This document shows positions 9,339 through 18,943 of a stretch of DNA of 64,000 nt, one piece after another; position 1 is the stretch's first letter, and every line of letters begins with the position of its first letter. The translations under genes were made by a program, and so were the position numbers. The stretch is from IMG/VR virus record IMGVR_UViG_3300035181_001974. One strand, 5' to 3'. The notes beneath the pieces were generated by a model. That model made no database searches. It was not told where the DNA came from and saw only the letters and a program-made list of their open reading frames with translations. Source of the DNA: a virus.

Positions 9339-9880
9339 TGAAGAACAAGCAGGAACCCAACCTCAACGATGTGGCCCGGTTCATCGGAGCCGCGCTGCGG
9401 TATCCCGTGCCGCGGTGCAATGGCTCGTGGTACACTGACGGGACGCAACCGTGGACGTCGACCATTATGGTCTACCAGCACAAGGTCAAGTTCGCAGACA
9501 TTCGAATCTACTGCACGTTGGCTGATCAAGCTCTCGTCACAGAACGTTGGTTGAAGACGGGGCACACTGGCGACCCTGACCAACAATTCATCGACGAGTG
9601 TTACATGTTCGATGCGCGGCACTACCGCGATTGCTACCTGTCGATGCTTGCACTGCTCCCCGGCCCCGTCGCGCAGTACGTCTGCGAGTCGGCTGACTAT
9701 TCGCTGTTGCTCGTGGCTGACCTCGAGGAACTTGATCGGGCCATCGCCTGGAACGCGGAGAAGTGGGAGAACGGCAAGTACCCGCAGTATCTGACGCACC
9801 TGTGCAGACGTTACGGGAACGGAAAGACGTTCGACGACGTGCGACAGTACGTGGCCAATGTCTGTCGCTTCAAGCTCTGA
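9335..9880 (+). CDS. hypothetical protein
   Basis: 181-aa ORF, start overlaps rnl stop. Confidence 0.4.
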   Translation: MMKNKQEPNLNDVARFIGAALRYPVPRCNGSWYTDGTQPWTSTIMVYQHKVKFADIRIYCTLADQALVTERWLKTGHTGDPDQQFIDECYMFDARHYRDCYLSMLALLPGPVAQYVCESADYSLLLVADLEELDRAIAWNAEKWENGKYPQYLTHLCRRYGNGKTFDDVRQYVANVCRFKL

Positions 9881-9912
9881 TCCAACAACCCACTTTGAAG
9901 TAAAATAAGATC

Positions 9913-10761
9913 ATGCCGAAGCTTGCATGGGCCACTGACGTTCACCTTGATTTCATCGCTGAAAGACCGGGGGCTCTTGTGGCTTTTGGCCAGGCGCTGA
10001 TCAAGGACAATCCTGACGCCGTCCTCCTGACGGGTGACATCTCGATCGCTCGTGATCTGACGTATCACTTGTCGGCCGTGGAGAAGGTCGTCGGCCGTCC
10101 GGTTTACTACGTTTTGGGCAATCACGATTACTACGGTGGCACTACCGAGACAGTCCGCAAGGAGATGAAGGATGTCAGCAATATGTCGCAGTTTCTGCGA
10201 TACCTGCCGACCACGCCTTACGTGGCGCTCTCGCCGGCGACGGCATTGGTGGGCCACGATGGATGGTACGATGCCCTCTACGGCGATGCTCGAAACTCGC
10301 GGTTCATCATGATGGACTGGCACCGGATCGGTGACTTCGTCAGCGAGGGCGCGATGGGCGCAGCGTCGATGTACGGCGGCCGTTCACCCAACTATAGCAA
10401 GATCATCTCGGTCTCGCGGAAGTTGGCTCACGAGGGGGTGACCCACGTGATGAACGGCATCAAGGCAGCTGCTCGCTACCACACGGTCATCCTGGTGGCA
10501 ACGCACTTCCCACCTTTCGAGGAATCGCATATCTTCGAGGGGCAGAAGGGCGACGCGGCGCACCAGCCTTGGTACACGTCGAAGATGATGGGCGACATGT
10601 TGAGGCAGGCCGCGCAGGCCTACCCGAAGGTTCGCTTTGAGGTCTTCGCGGGTCACACCCACGGGAAAGCAGATCTGCAGATTACGAACAACATGTTTGT
10701 TCACGTGGGCGGCGCTGAATACTACCAACCGCAGCTTCAGACGGTCATCAACGTCCCGTGA
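9913..10761 (+). CDS. calcineurin-like metallophosphoesterase
   Basis: motifs LLTGDISIARDL (GD), VLGNHDYY (GNHD), ATHFPPF (GH-type). Confidence 0.7.
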   Translation: MPKLAWATDVHLDFIAERPGALVAFGQALIKDNPDAVLLTGDISIARDLTYHLSAVEKVVGRPVYYVLGNHDYYGGTTETVRKEMKDVSNMSQFLRYLPTTPYVALSPATALVGHDGWYDALYGDARNSRFIMMDWHRIGDFVSEGAMGAASMYGGRSPNYSKIISVSRKLAHEGVTHVMNGIKAAARYHTVILVATHFPPFEESHIFEGQKGDAAHQPWYTSKMMGDMLRQAAQAYPKVRFEVFAGHTHGKADLQITNNMFVHVGGAEYYQPQLQTVINVP

Positions 10762-11015
10762 GCTACACCTTCAGGCACAGTCACACGGCCTCGGGGAAGC
10801 AGCACGTCTTCCAAGGCCCAGGACTGAGTCAGCACGGTTCGAGCGTTCATCTGCAACAACACAACAACGAATGGGCTATCAAGTGCCTGAACGACGATAA
10901 GGATCGTCATGATCTTGCGGCGGACGTCATCTGTCACATGTTGGACCATGCTTACGAGGCCGGCCGTGAGGTGGCCCGGTTCGAGATTAGAGAGACATTG
11001 AGGATCATGAAATGA
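10758..11015 (+). CDS. hypothetical protein
   Basis: 85-aa ORF overlapping neighbours by 4 nt. Confidence 0.3.
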   Translation: MSYTFRHSHTASGKQHVFQGPGLSQHGSSVHLQQHNNEWAIKCLNDDKDRHDLAADVICHMLDHAYEAGREVARFEIRETLRIMK

Positions 11016-11803
11016 AAATCGAAAAGTTCACGGACGGCCTAGCAATTCAAGCCGACTGTACCGACCTCGTGACCGTCCTGGCGACGGTCGAGGCCACCGG
11101 GAAGGTCGGTTTGATCATTGCGGATCCGCCATACGGAAACGTGGTCCGTGAAAAGTGGGACCGCGTTCAACAATCCGATAAGGCATTTGCATCGTGGATG
11201 ATCGATTGGACGCTGCGTTGGACGACCCACGCACTTCACGATGGGGGCGCGTTCTACGTCTGGGGTGGCATTGGGCAGCCGAGCTTCAGGCCGTTCATGC
11301 GCTACCTGTGCGACGTGGAGATCAAGGACCAATTTGAGCTGGCGAACCTGATCACCTGGAAGAAGCGCCGTGCCTACGGCGTGCAGTGGAACTACCTTTT
11401 TACTCGCGAGGAGCTTGCTTACTTCGTCAAGGGTCCCATGAAGAAGCCTAGAAAGTTCCATGTGCCTCTCTTGGATGAGAAGCGTGGTTATGCGGGCTAC
11501 AATGCGAAGTATCCGGCCAAAAGCGAGTTCTATCGACGCTCCAACGTCTGGACTGACATCACAGAATTGATGCGGGGCAAGGTCCACCCGACGGAGAAGG
11601 TTCAACGCCTTCACGAGGTCATGATTGAGGTTCACACAGACCCAGGCGAGTGGATCATCGATCCCTTCGCGGGCTCAGGCGTCACGGGCTTCGCGGCGCG
11701 AAAGCTCGGTCGTAGGTTCGCGTTGGTCGAAAGTGACCCAACGATCTTTGATGACATGGTGAAACGCCTCCGTGTAAACGAGCCACCGCCCGTTGTATCC
11801 TGA
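11012..11803 (+). CDS. DNA methyltransferase, beta-class (N6-adenine or N4-cytosine)
   Basis: motif IV IIADPPYGN precedes motif I IIDPFAGSGVTGFAA (IV then I order = beta class). Confidence 0.75.
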   Translation: MKIEKFTDGLAIQADCTDLVTVLATVEATGKVGLIIADPPYGNVVREKWDRVQQSDKAFASWMIDWTLRWTTHALHDGGAFYVWGGIGQPSFRPFMRYLCDVEIKDQFELANLITWKKRRAYGVQWNYLFTREELAYFVKGPMKKPRKFHVPLLDEKRGYAGYNAKYPAKSEFYRRSNVWTDITELMRGKVHPTEKVQRLHEVMIEVHTDPGEWIIDPFAGSGVTGFAARKLGRRFALVESDPTIFDDMVKRLRVNEPPPVVS

Positions 11804-11815
11804 AGCAGAGGACAC

Positions 11816-12124
11816 ATGGATACCAAGACAGCACCCGTCACGGAAGAAGAAGTCAAGGAAATCGAAGAGAATGCTGAGCACCTCAAGAAGGTTCTCAAGA
11901 CGTTCGAGAACCAGCACGCCTACGCTGGCCCACGTCGAGCTCGATTGGAGGCGCTGATGAAGCGCAAGATCACTCGCAAGTGGAAGCCCGAGAAGACGGC
12001 GAAGATGGTCAGACGTTTGATCGCAGCTGGCCGCGATGATGAGCAGGCCGTGAACGCCATTGATCACATCAAGCACCGCCTGGAGCAGCTGGGGCGCAGT
12101 GATCGTGAAGCTGACTCGCGATGA
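11816..12124 (+). CDS. hypothetical protein
   Basis: 102-aa basic/acidic ORF. Confidence 0.35.
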   Translation: MDTKTAPVTEEEVKEIEENAEHLKKVLKTFENQHAYAGPRRARLEALMKRKITRKWKPEKTAKMVRRLIAAGRDDEQAVNAIDHIKHRLEQLGRSDREADSR

Positions 12125-12531
12125 GGTGGTCGAGGCCCACTGAGAGTGGGCCGCCAACCATCACAAGCTAGAGGTCACATGCGAAGTTGAGGTGACGGTG
12201 ATCATCAAGTCAAACCCCAACCAGGTGTACGAAGCTAAACAGATCACCGTCACCTTCCCGGAAGCCGCCGGTCAACCCTACGACCGCGAAGGCGATCAAT
12301 ATCGCTGATGCCAACGTGGATCCAATATCAACCAGGGACTTCCTCCTCGCCAAAAGAAGGATCTGCTCGAGCGACTGAAGCCATTGCGGGTCCTTGAGGC
12401 CGAACTGAAAAGGTCGACATGCTGCTCGATGCTCTCGATGGCAAAGACCAAAGTCGCTGGGGCTACGATAGAGGGTGATGCTACTCTCAATGCGACCTAT
12501 CATGGCGACGTCATCGTAGTAAGATCGGCCA

Positions 12532-13314
12532 GTGAACAGTGTTCATCTGGCCGATGCCTTTTCTGTGATCCAGTCGCTGCCCGAGGAGAGCATCGATCTG
12601 GTCTATACCGATCCACCTTTTGGAACCGGCACCGTCCAGCGGGCTCAAAGACGCGTGGGCGATCAAGTATTCCCGGAAATGGGCTATAGTGACAGGTTTG
12701 AGGATTACGTGGGTTTTCTCGTGCCTCATCTGGCGGCCCTACACAGGGTCTTGAAACCGACAGGAACTCTCTACTTGCACCTGGACCCTCGTTGGGTTCA
12801 TTATGCCAAGGTGGAGCTCGATAAGATCTTCACGCGGGATAACTTCCTGAACGAGGTCATCTGGGCCTATGATTTCGGAGGCCGCGGCAAGGATCGCTGG
12901 CCCGCTAAACATGATACGATCCTGGTCTATGCCAAGGAACGTGGCAAGCACGTCTTCAATTGGAACGACATCGATCGCATTCCGTACATGGCACCGGGGC
13001 TTCAGAAGGACCCGGCACGGGCCGCTGCTGGAAAGGTGCCGACCGACGTGTGGTGGATGTCGATCGTGGGAACCGCGTCCAAGGAACGCACGGGTTATCC
13101 AAATCAGAAACCCGTCAAGTTGATCGAGCGAGCGATTCTGGCGTCTTCACCGCCGGAAGGAACAGTCCTCGATCCTTTCTGCGGATCGGGAACAACTGCC
13201 GTGGCGAGCGCGGGTCTTGGTCGTCAGTTCGTAGTAGGTGATGCCAACCCGCAGGCAATCGCAATAACAAAGGCTCGGCTAGATGCGTTGAGTGTCCACT
13301 ATATTTGTACTTAA
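12532..13314 (+). CDS. DNA methyltransferase, beta-class (N6-adenine or N4-cytosine)
   Basis: motif IV VYTDPPFGTG then motif I VLDPFCGSGTTAVAS. Confidence 0.75.
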   Translation: MNSVHLADAFSVIQSLPEESIDLVYTDPPFGTGTVQRAQRRVGDQVFPEMGYSDRFEDYVGFLVPHLAALHRVLKPTGTLYLHLDPRWVHYAKVELDKIFTRDNFLNEVIWAYDFGGRGKDRWPAKHDTILVYAKERGKHVFNWNDIDRIPYMAPGLQKDPARAAAGKVPTDVWWMSIVGTASKERTGYPNQKPVKLIERAILASSPPEGTVLDPFCGSGTTAVASAGLGRQFVVGDANPQAIAITKARLDALSVHYICT

Positions 13315-13340
13315 AGTATAAAGCTTGGTAGTATGTAGGC

Positions 13341-14501
13341 ATGCAACACCATGCCTTGACGTTCAAAGCGCCGATCGTCGAACTGCTCTATAACGCAGGC
13401 GTTCTGAATGAACGCACGAGTTGGCTGTTGGGCAAGGTGCACGAGCACGGTGGCTTCATTGCTGGTGGATTTGCGACTAAGATCGCCTCGATGCAGCTGG
13501 TTCATGGTGGACCAGAGCACTGGTTGAAGACCAACAAAGAGTTGATCGCGGCGGGCATTAAGCGGGCCGCAGTCCACCTTGGTACAGATGATCCGTTCAG
13601 TTACCTCAAGGTCGCGGCAAGCGAGAAGTCCCTAGTGTCTTCGTGCCAATGGTACGATCGACCCATCGAGACATACGAGATGTCCGAGCGACCAGTCATC
13701 AATGAGTTGAAGCGTTACATGGGCATCGGGATGGGCTCAGCCGGGCTCGACTTCAACAACATTCACCAGACAAGGCACTTCTGGAAGAAGAACATGGGTG
13801 ACATCGATGTCTGGTTCCGGAATCGCTACTGCCTGGAGACATTCCTGTTCGAGGTCAAGCAGTCGCCGCAATACCTCGAGCCTGCACGCATCGTCAACAA
13901 CATCACCCCAGCCGGCTTTGGTGAAGAGTTCATCTGCTTTGCTCAGGGCGGATTGGATGGGCAGTTGGTGCAGACGATTACCAAGTTCCTCGGATCTCCA
14001 GAAGAGATCGTGGACGGCTTTGACATTTACAACGCCGCCTGTTACATCGTCAATGACCAACTTTTCATTCCCGAGGGGTGGGAGTGGCTCTTCCAGAACA
14101 AGATGATTCACATTCACACCTGGAAGCAAAACTACATGATGTCACGGTTGGCCAAGTGGGTCAAGAAGCACGGGTACGACAACGGCCTGACGCCCGCTAG
14201 CCTGCAGATGTTGAACGACAACATCGATCAGGTGATCCAGGATATCGAGGCCGGCGGTTATGCTCCGGTTTACCGTGAGAATGCACCGCCGCGGAAGCCA
14301 TACGATTTCATCTTCAACTACCTGCATCCGATCATGCGATGCTTCTCGTCTGAAAACCTGATGAAACTCAGCATGTACTACCCGCCTGAGGCCTACAATT
14401 ACCCGATGAAGGAATTGTACAGGCGGACCTCGGCGTCGCTGCAGCCGACAATTGAGAAGCTTACGAATCCCAAGTCACAGGTCGAGACGGATTTGAATTG
14501 A
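13341..14501 (+). CDS. hypothetical protein
   Basis: 386-aa ORF; upstream contains tacttaaagtataaag. Confidence 0.4.
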   Translation: MQHHALTFKAPIVELLYNAGVLNERTSWLLGKVHEHGGFIAGGFATKIASMQLVHGGPEHWLKTNKELIAAGIKRAAVHLGTDDPFSYLKVAASEKSLVSSCQWYDRPIETYEMSERPVINELKRYMGIGMGSAGLDFNNIHQTRHFWKKNMGDIDVWFRNRYCLETFLFEVKQSPQYLEPARIVNNITPAGFGEEFICFAQGGLDGQLVQTITKFLGSPEEIVDGFDIYNAACYIVNDQLFIPEGWEWLFQNKMIHIHTWKQNYMMSRLAKWVKKHGYDNGLTPASLQMLNDNIDQVIQDIEAGGYAPVYRENAPPRKPYDFIFNYLHPIMRCFSSENLMKLSMYYPPEAYNYPMKELYRRTSASLQPTIEKLTNPKSQVETDLN

Positions 14502-14505
14502 TGTT

Positions 14506-15477
14506 TTGACATACTTAAAGTCGATGTACCTGACGCCCCGGAAACTGCGTAGAGGCGCCAAGATCGCGCTAGTGGCTCCGGCCTCGCCGTTCAAGACGGA
14601 TGAGGTGACGGAGGGCATGGATATCATGCGTGAGATGGGACTCGTTCCTGTCTTGGGTCCCTGCGTTCGCAACCTACGCAGCGACAACATCCACGCGGGC
14701 AGTCTTGCAGATCGCGCCGCAGAGCTCAATTGGGCATTTTCGGACCCAAGCATCAACGGCGTGCTCGCCGTTTGCGGCGGCATGGGTTCAGCTGCAATCC
14801 TTCCCTATCTCGACTATCGAATGATTCGAGCCTCGAGAAAGGCCCTGTTGGGCATGTCTGACATCACGGCGTTGAATGCGGGCATCCTGGCCCGTGCCGG
14901 GCTCATCTCTATCAACGGTCAATCGCCGTCGATTCGTCTCGATAAGGGCGAGGCCATTCGCCGAGCCGATTCCGACTCGTTTCGATTGACGTTGCGCCTG
15001 ATGATGTCTGACGAGCCTTGGGGAACTCAACCCTTTGATTTTTCTGAATATTTTCCGAGGACCGTGTGCCCTGGCAAGGCCACTGGTAACGTGATTGGTG
15101 GAAACGCTGACACCTTCGTGCACCTGCTCGGGACGCCGTACATGCCTGAACTTACGGGCACGATCCTTTTCATCGAAGACGTCCACAAGAGCGGTGAGAT
15201 TCTCGGCCGCGAGTTCCTTCACATGCGTCTTTCGGGCATGTTGAACATGGTCAATGGCATCGTCATCGGAGAATTTGCCGAGGTCCCTAAGCGGACTGAG
15301 GAACGTGAACCGTCCATTGAAAACTCGATCGAGGAGTACTTTCGAAATGGTCCTCCCTGCACGTATGGTTACCCATTCTCACATGGGCCGCTGACCGGGC
15401 CGGTACCGATCGGCGCGCAGTGTGAGATTGATGCTGACGTTGGACACGTCAGCTTCGACTTTGCGATGGCGCGCTAA
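14506..15477 (+). CDS. LD-carboxypeptidase (peptidase S66, LdcA/MccF family)
   Basis: N-terminal AKIALVAPASPF, catalytic-serine motif LLGMSDITALNAG, length 323 aa. Confidence 0.7.
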   Translation: MTYLKSMYLTPRKLRRGAKIALVAPASPFKTDEVTEGMDIMREMGLVPVLGPCVRNLRSDNIHAGSLADRAAELNWAFSDPSINGVLAVCGGMGSAAILPYLDYRMIRASRKALLGMSDITALNAGILARAGLISINGQSPSIRLDKGEAIRRADSDSFRLTLRLMMSDEPWGTQPFDFSEYFPRTVCPGKATGNVIGGNADTFVHLLGTPYMPELTGTILFIEDVHKSGEILGREFLHMRLSGMLNMVNGIVIGEFAEVPKRTEEREPSIENSIEEYFRNGPPCTYGYPFSHGPLTGPVPIGAQCEIDADVGHVSFDFAMAR

Positions 15478-15530
15478 GGCCTGCGTAAATCGCTGTTGAA
15501 TCGTTCAGTGCTCAACAAAGAGCACGGACG

Positions 15531-16106
15531 ATGCAATTCTTGGTCACGACTAGTTATAGTGGTCCTACGAGGTTTCTCATGAAGAGAGCCCTTCTACTCA
15601 ACGCCGACTACTCGCCGCTCCATTTCCTATCGGACGTGGAAGCATTTATCATGGTCTACAAGGGCATCGCCGAGATCGTCGATCTCAGTGGTAAGCCTTC
15701 CATCTGGGAAGGTGAACAGCTGACGAGTCCTGGACGTACTTGGGACGTGCCTGCCACGATCCGCGTTCTTGAGCGCGTTCACAAGCGCTGGAAGGTTCCG
15801 CGTTTCCGGAAGAAGGTCCTCTTCAACCGCGACAATTGGCAGTGTCAGTACTGTCATGCGCCGCTTCACTGGAGCAATGTGACGATCGACCACGTGCAGC
15901 CCAAGTCGCGTGGCGGCGGGACGAGTTGGAAGAATTGCGTGGCTTCTTGTAAACCATGCAACAAGAAGAAGGCCAACAAGACGCCCGTCGAGGCCGGCAT
16001 GCCTTTGCGAAAGGCTCCAATGGAGCCGTCTCCATTGCACTTCTGGGACGTCGCAAAGGGCAATGATTGGCATCCCGATTGGGAGATGTTCCTTCCTCAA
16101 GGCTGA
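15531..16106 (+). CDS. HNH endonuclease
   Basis: CQYCHAPLHWSNVTIDHVQPKSRGGGTSWKNCVASCKPCNKKK = canonical HNH/zinc finger pattern. Confidence 0.75.
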   Translation: MQFLVTTSYSGPTRFLMKRALLLNADYSPLHFLSDVEAFIMVYKGIAEIVDLSGKPSIWEGEQLTSPGRTWDVPATIRVLERVHKRWKVPRFRKKVLFNRDNWQCQYCHAPLHWSNVTIDHVQPKSRGGGTSWKNCVASCKPCNKKKANKTPVEAGMPLRKAPMEPSPLHFWDVAKGNDWHPDWEMFLPQG

Positions 16107-16119
16107 ATAGTTACTCTTC

Positions 16120-16371
16120 GTGAGTAACGACAAGCGAATCTCGCGGATCACTGTCGGACAACTCCGGCGGTCGATCCGCGAGGAGTTTAAGCGGTTGTGC
16201 GAAGCACGTGACTGTTGGGGAGGCTCGCAGCCTGAGGAGACGTACGACCAGTTGCTGGTCGACGATCCTGTTTACGCCGAGCGCAGCGTATACGTGCCTG
16301 ATGATATCAAGGACGCCATCAAAAAGTGGATGGTGGCCATGGGGCTCGATGGCCGCAAACGCTCGCGTTGA
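16120..16371 (+). CDS. hypothetical protein with N-terminal leader-like motif (ITVGQLRRSIREEF)
   Basis: 83-aa ORF. Confidence 0.4.
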   Translation: MSNDKRISRITVGQLRRSIREEFKRLCEARDCWGGSQPEETYDQLLVDDPVYAERSVYVPDDIKDAIKKWMVAMGLDGRKRSR

Positions 16372-16407
16372 GATTGTGTACAATACTTAGAGCGTAGGAG
16401 TCACTTC

Positions 16408-17559
16408 ATGCGATTGAGGCTGCAAGAGCTACAGAGGGTCGTCGATCGGACCTTGGCCGAAGAAAAGGCTGTCGATGCCCTCCGTCAGGAAGTGTCCCGG
16501 GTGCTAGGTCCATCCGTTCTGACGAACGTCAAGTTGGACCAGCTGGCCGAGGGCGCCAACGATCGGATCAGCGTGCTGGAGCGAACTGGCCGTGAGTCAC
16601 AGATCAACTTCAAACCTGCTGTGATGTTGAAGTTCGCTGATAGCGCGTCAGTCGAGGCCCGCGTGCTTGCGGCCAGGACGCTGCCGGAGCGGTACGTTGC
16701 TCGGATGCGCGGTGACAAGAGCGCCGCTGTTCGTCACGCAGTCGCTCGCCGGTTGCCTGCGAGCCTGGTCAAGGAGATGCTGAAGCGCACGCCCAATGAC
16801 GATGCACTTCGTGTCATCTTCCACGACAAGAAGTTGACAGAGGCCGGCCTGGCCACTCCCGACAAGAAAGACGAACCGTTTGACATGTACGGCGAAGAAC
16901 CGTTGGGCGACACCGTCAAACAGGACGGCGCGGCCACTGACGAGGGCCTGAGCGACGCCTGGTACGAGACAACGGCACACAAGTTCATTCAGGACTATGG
17001 CGGCAATATCGAAGGACAATGGGAAGAGCCTGTCGTTCACAGGTTCTGTGCTTCGTCGAAAGCCACGTCAGGCGTGGAAATCGACGAGAAGAAGCTCTAC
17101 AAAGAGATCATGAAGCAGCTTAAGGAGAAGGACGATCGGACTCTGGAACGCTATGCGTTGAAGGAGATCGCCCAGTCACTTCGTGAAGGCCTCGAGCCTG
17201 AGCTGCCGCAGCTCTTCTCAGAAGCGGTTGACCCGTTGGAAACGCTGCTGCACTCAGACGTCTCGGCCGCAGAGTACGTCAAGCAGGCCAACAAGCTGTT
17301 CAATGTCCGCGAGTCAGTGATGCCCAAGTCGCTACGCAAGTTTCGCGTTACGGAAGGACTCTCGGGTGATATCAAGATCCCATGCTTGGCCCGAGTGCCT
17401 GGCAACGGCAACGTCTCGCGGTTGGCGGAACGTGCCCTCGACCTCTACGTCAAGAACTGGAACATGCTTCAAGCGATGAACGGCGAGCCCGTCAGGATCA
17501 ACTGGTCGACAAATCCTACTAAGGCAGGAATGATTTCGTTCAACGCTGAGTTGAGGTGA
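16408..17559 (+). CDS. hypothetical protein (helical repeats)
   Basis: 383-aa ORF, N-terminus MRLRLQELQRVVDRTLAEE weakly resembles leader motif. Confidence 0.4.
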   Translation: MRLRLQELQRVVDRTLAEEKAVDALRQEVSRVLGPSVLTNVKLDQLAEGANDRISVLERTGRESQINFKPAVMLKFADSASVEARVLAARTLPERYVARMRGDKSAAVRHAVARRLPASLVKEMLKRTPNDDALRVIFHDKKLTEAGLATPDKKDEPFDMYGEEPLGDTVKQDGAATDEGLSDAWYETTAHKFIQDYGGNIEGQWEEPVVHRFCASSKATSGVEIDEKKLYKEIMKQLKEKDDRTLERYALKEIAQSLREGLEPELPQLFSEAVDPLETLLHSDVSAAEYVKQANKLFNVRESVMPKSLRKFRVTEGLSGDIKIPCLARVPGNGNVSRLAERALDLYVKNWNMLQAMNGEPVRINWSTNPTKAGMISFNAELR

Positions 17560-17563
17560 GACG

Positions 17564-18118
17564 ATGAGGCGCCTCGCAGAAACACTTGAGGTGCAGGTGG
17601 TCGTCTCAGACCCGAACGTCTCAATCGTCCTCGACAACATGTGTTCAGAGTGGGGCGCGCTGCCCTACCCGCAGCTTTCGGTGTTGCTGGTCCACCTGAA
17701 GTTTCTAGCGATGGTTCACCAGAATCATCACTGGACCTCGAAGGGTGATTTGTTCTACGGTGATCATCTGTTGTTCGACAGGCTGTACACTGCCGTCGTT
17801 GAAGAGGTCGACTCGATCGCTGAAAAGGCAGTTGGCCTGGGCACGACGGAGAATGTCAACTTGGCGTTGCAGACGTCGCAGATCATGCGACTCGTGCAGG
17901 GTTACGGGATGTCGCAAATGATCCCACAGCCGACGGAGCTGGCCAAGCGCAGCCTACTGGCTGAAATGAACTTTCTCGTTGTCGTCAAGAATCTGGTCGA
18001 CTCCATGAAGGAGGCTGGCACCTTGACGCGTGGCCTCGACAATTTGATCGCTGGCATCGAGGACAAGCACGAGGGCCACGTTTACCTGCTGAAACAGCGA
18101 ATCGCCACCGGAGTCTAA
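17564..18118 (+). CDS. Dps / ferritin-like protein
   Basis: LSVLLVHLKFLAMVHQNHHWTSKGDLFYGDHLLFDRLY...EEVDSIAEKAVGLG mirrors the Dps pattern LYV.YVKLHNFHWNVKG.NFF.LHE.FEE.Y.E...D..AERI..LG. Confidence 0.6.
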   Translation: MRRLAETLEVQVVVSDPNVSIVLDNMCSEWGALPYPQLSVLLVHLKFLAMVHQNHHWTSKGDLFYGDHLLFDRLYTAVVEEVDSIAEKAVGLGTTENVNLALQTSQIMRLVQGYGMSQMIPQPTELAKRSLLAEMNFLVVVKNLVDSMKEAGTLTRGLDNLIAGIEDKHEGHVYLLKQRIATGV

Positions 18119-18119
18119 C

Positions 18120-18347
18120 ATGAAGAAGTTGTTGGCAGCGCTGATCCTGGCGCTCGGACTCAGCGGTTGCGTGGTGGGCCACGGTGGCTATCCAGTTGCG
18201 TACTACGATTATCCGCCCGGCGCGATTTACGTGAGTCCTGGCGTCTACTATCATATGGGCGTCTACTACACTTGGCATTCGGGTTACAGGCGCTGGTACC
18301 CGCATCCTGGGTATGGACATCCTCACAGTGGCTTCCGCCGTCACTGA
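18120..18347 (+). CDS. small lipoprotein, Tyr/Gly/Pro/His-rich
   Basis: signal peptide with lipobox LSGC; mature part low-complexity YY/PG/H rich. Confidence 0.5.
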   Translation: MKKLLAALILALGLSGCVVGHGGYPVAYYDYPPGAIYVSPGVYYHMGVYYTWHSGYRRWYPHPGYGHPHSGFRRH

Positions 18348-18400
18348 GCGGTCATTCAAAGGCCCGTAGAATATTCAAAAGAATGTCGTGGCTGTGGCCA

Positions 18401-18943
18401 TCACTTGGCCGAAGGCCATTTGCCGGTTGCCTTGTGTTGCATCCAGGCCGCGAGTCCCTCAGGATTTTTGGCGCCAGCCTTCTTCGCCTTGGTGACCTTG
18501 TCCTTGAACTTCTTGGTTCCATTGATCCAAGACTTTGCGGCCTTCTTTGATGGGCCATTGCGCTTCTTGGCCTCGTTCACATCAGGCGTATAAGTTGCGC
18601 CGCAATCGTGGCACAGCAACTCGCCCGGCACGTCGGTCTCAATTGCGTACTGACCTCCACACTCAGGACAGGTCGGGAAACCGCCGGCCTCGAGCGCCTC
18701 GTTTCTCTCGTCTGGGACGCCTGGGACTGCGGGCGCATCACCGATGGGCTCGCCGAAGCGTTCAACTAGGATTTTGAACATGCGGCGCGCTGTCTCATCG
18801 AACTGTTGCTTCTTCATTGAACTAAATATCGCTTCCTGTGTTACATTGAGGGCATGGACAAGGCGAAGAGCAAAGCAGAACTCCTCATTGAGATGGCTAC
18901 AATCCTCTACGAGGTCGATCCGATGGGTCTTCACTCTCCGCAC
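18401..18943 (-). CDS. zinc-ribbon protein, hypothetical
   Basis: CPECGGQ...CHDCG zinc ribbon; 180 aa; convergent with the lipoprotein gene. Confidence 0.45.
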   Translation of the reverse strand: MRRVKTHRIDLVEDCSHLNEEFCFALRLVHALNVTQEAIFSSMKKQQFDETARRMFKILVERFGEPIGDAPAVPGVPDERNEALEAGGFPTCPECGGQYAIETDVPGELLCHDCGATYTPDVNEAKKRNGPSKKAAKSWINGTKKFKDKVTKAKKAGAKNPEGLAAWMQHKATGKWPSAK

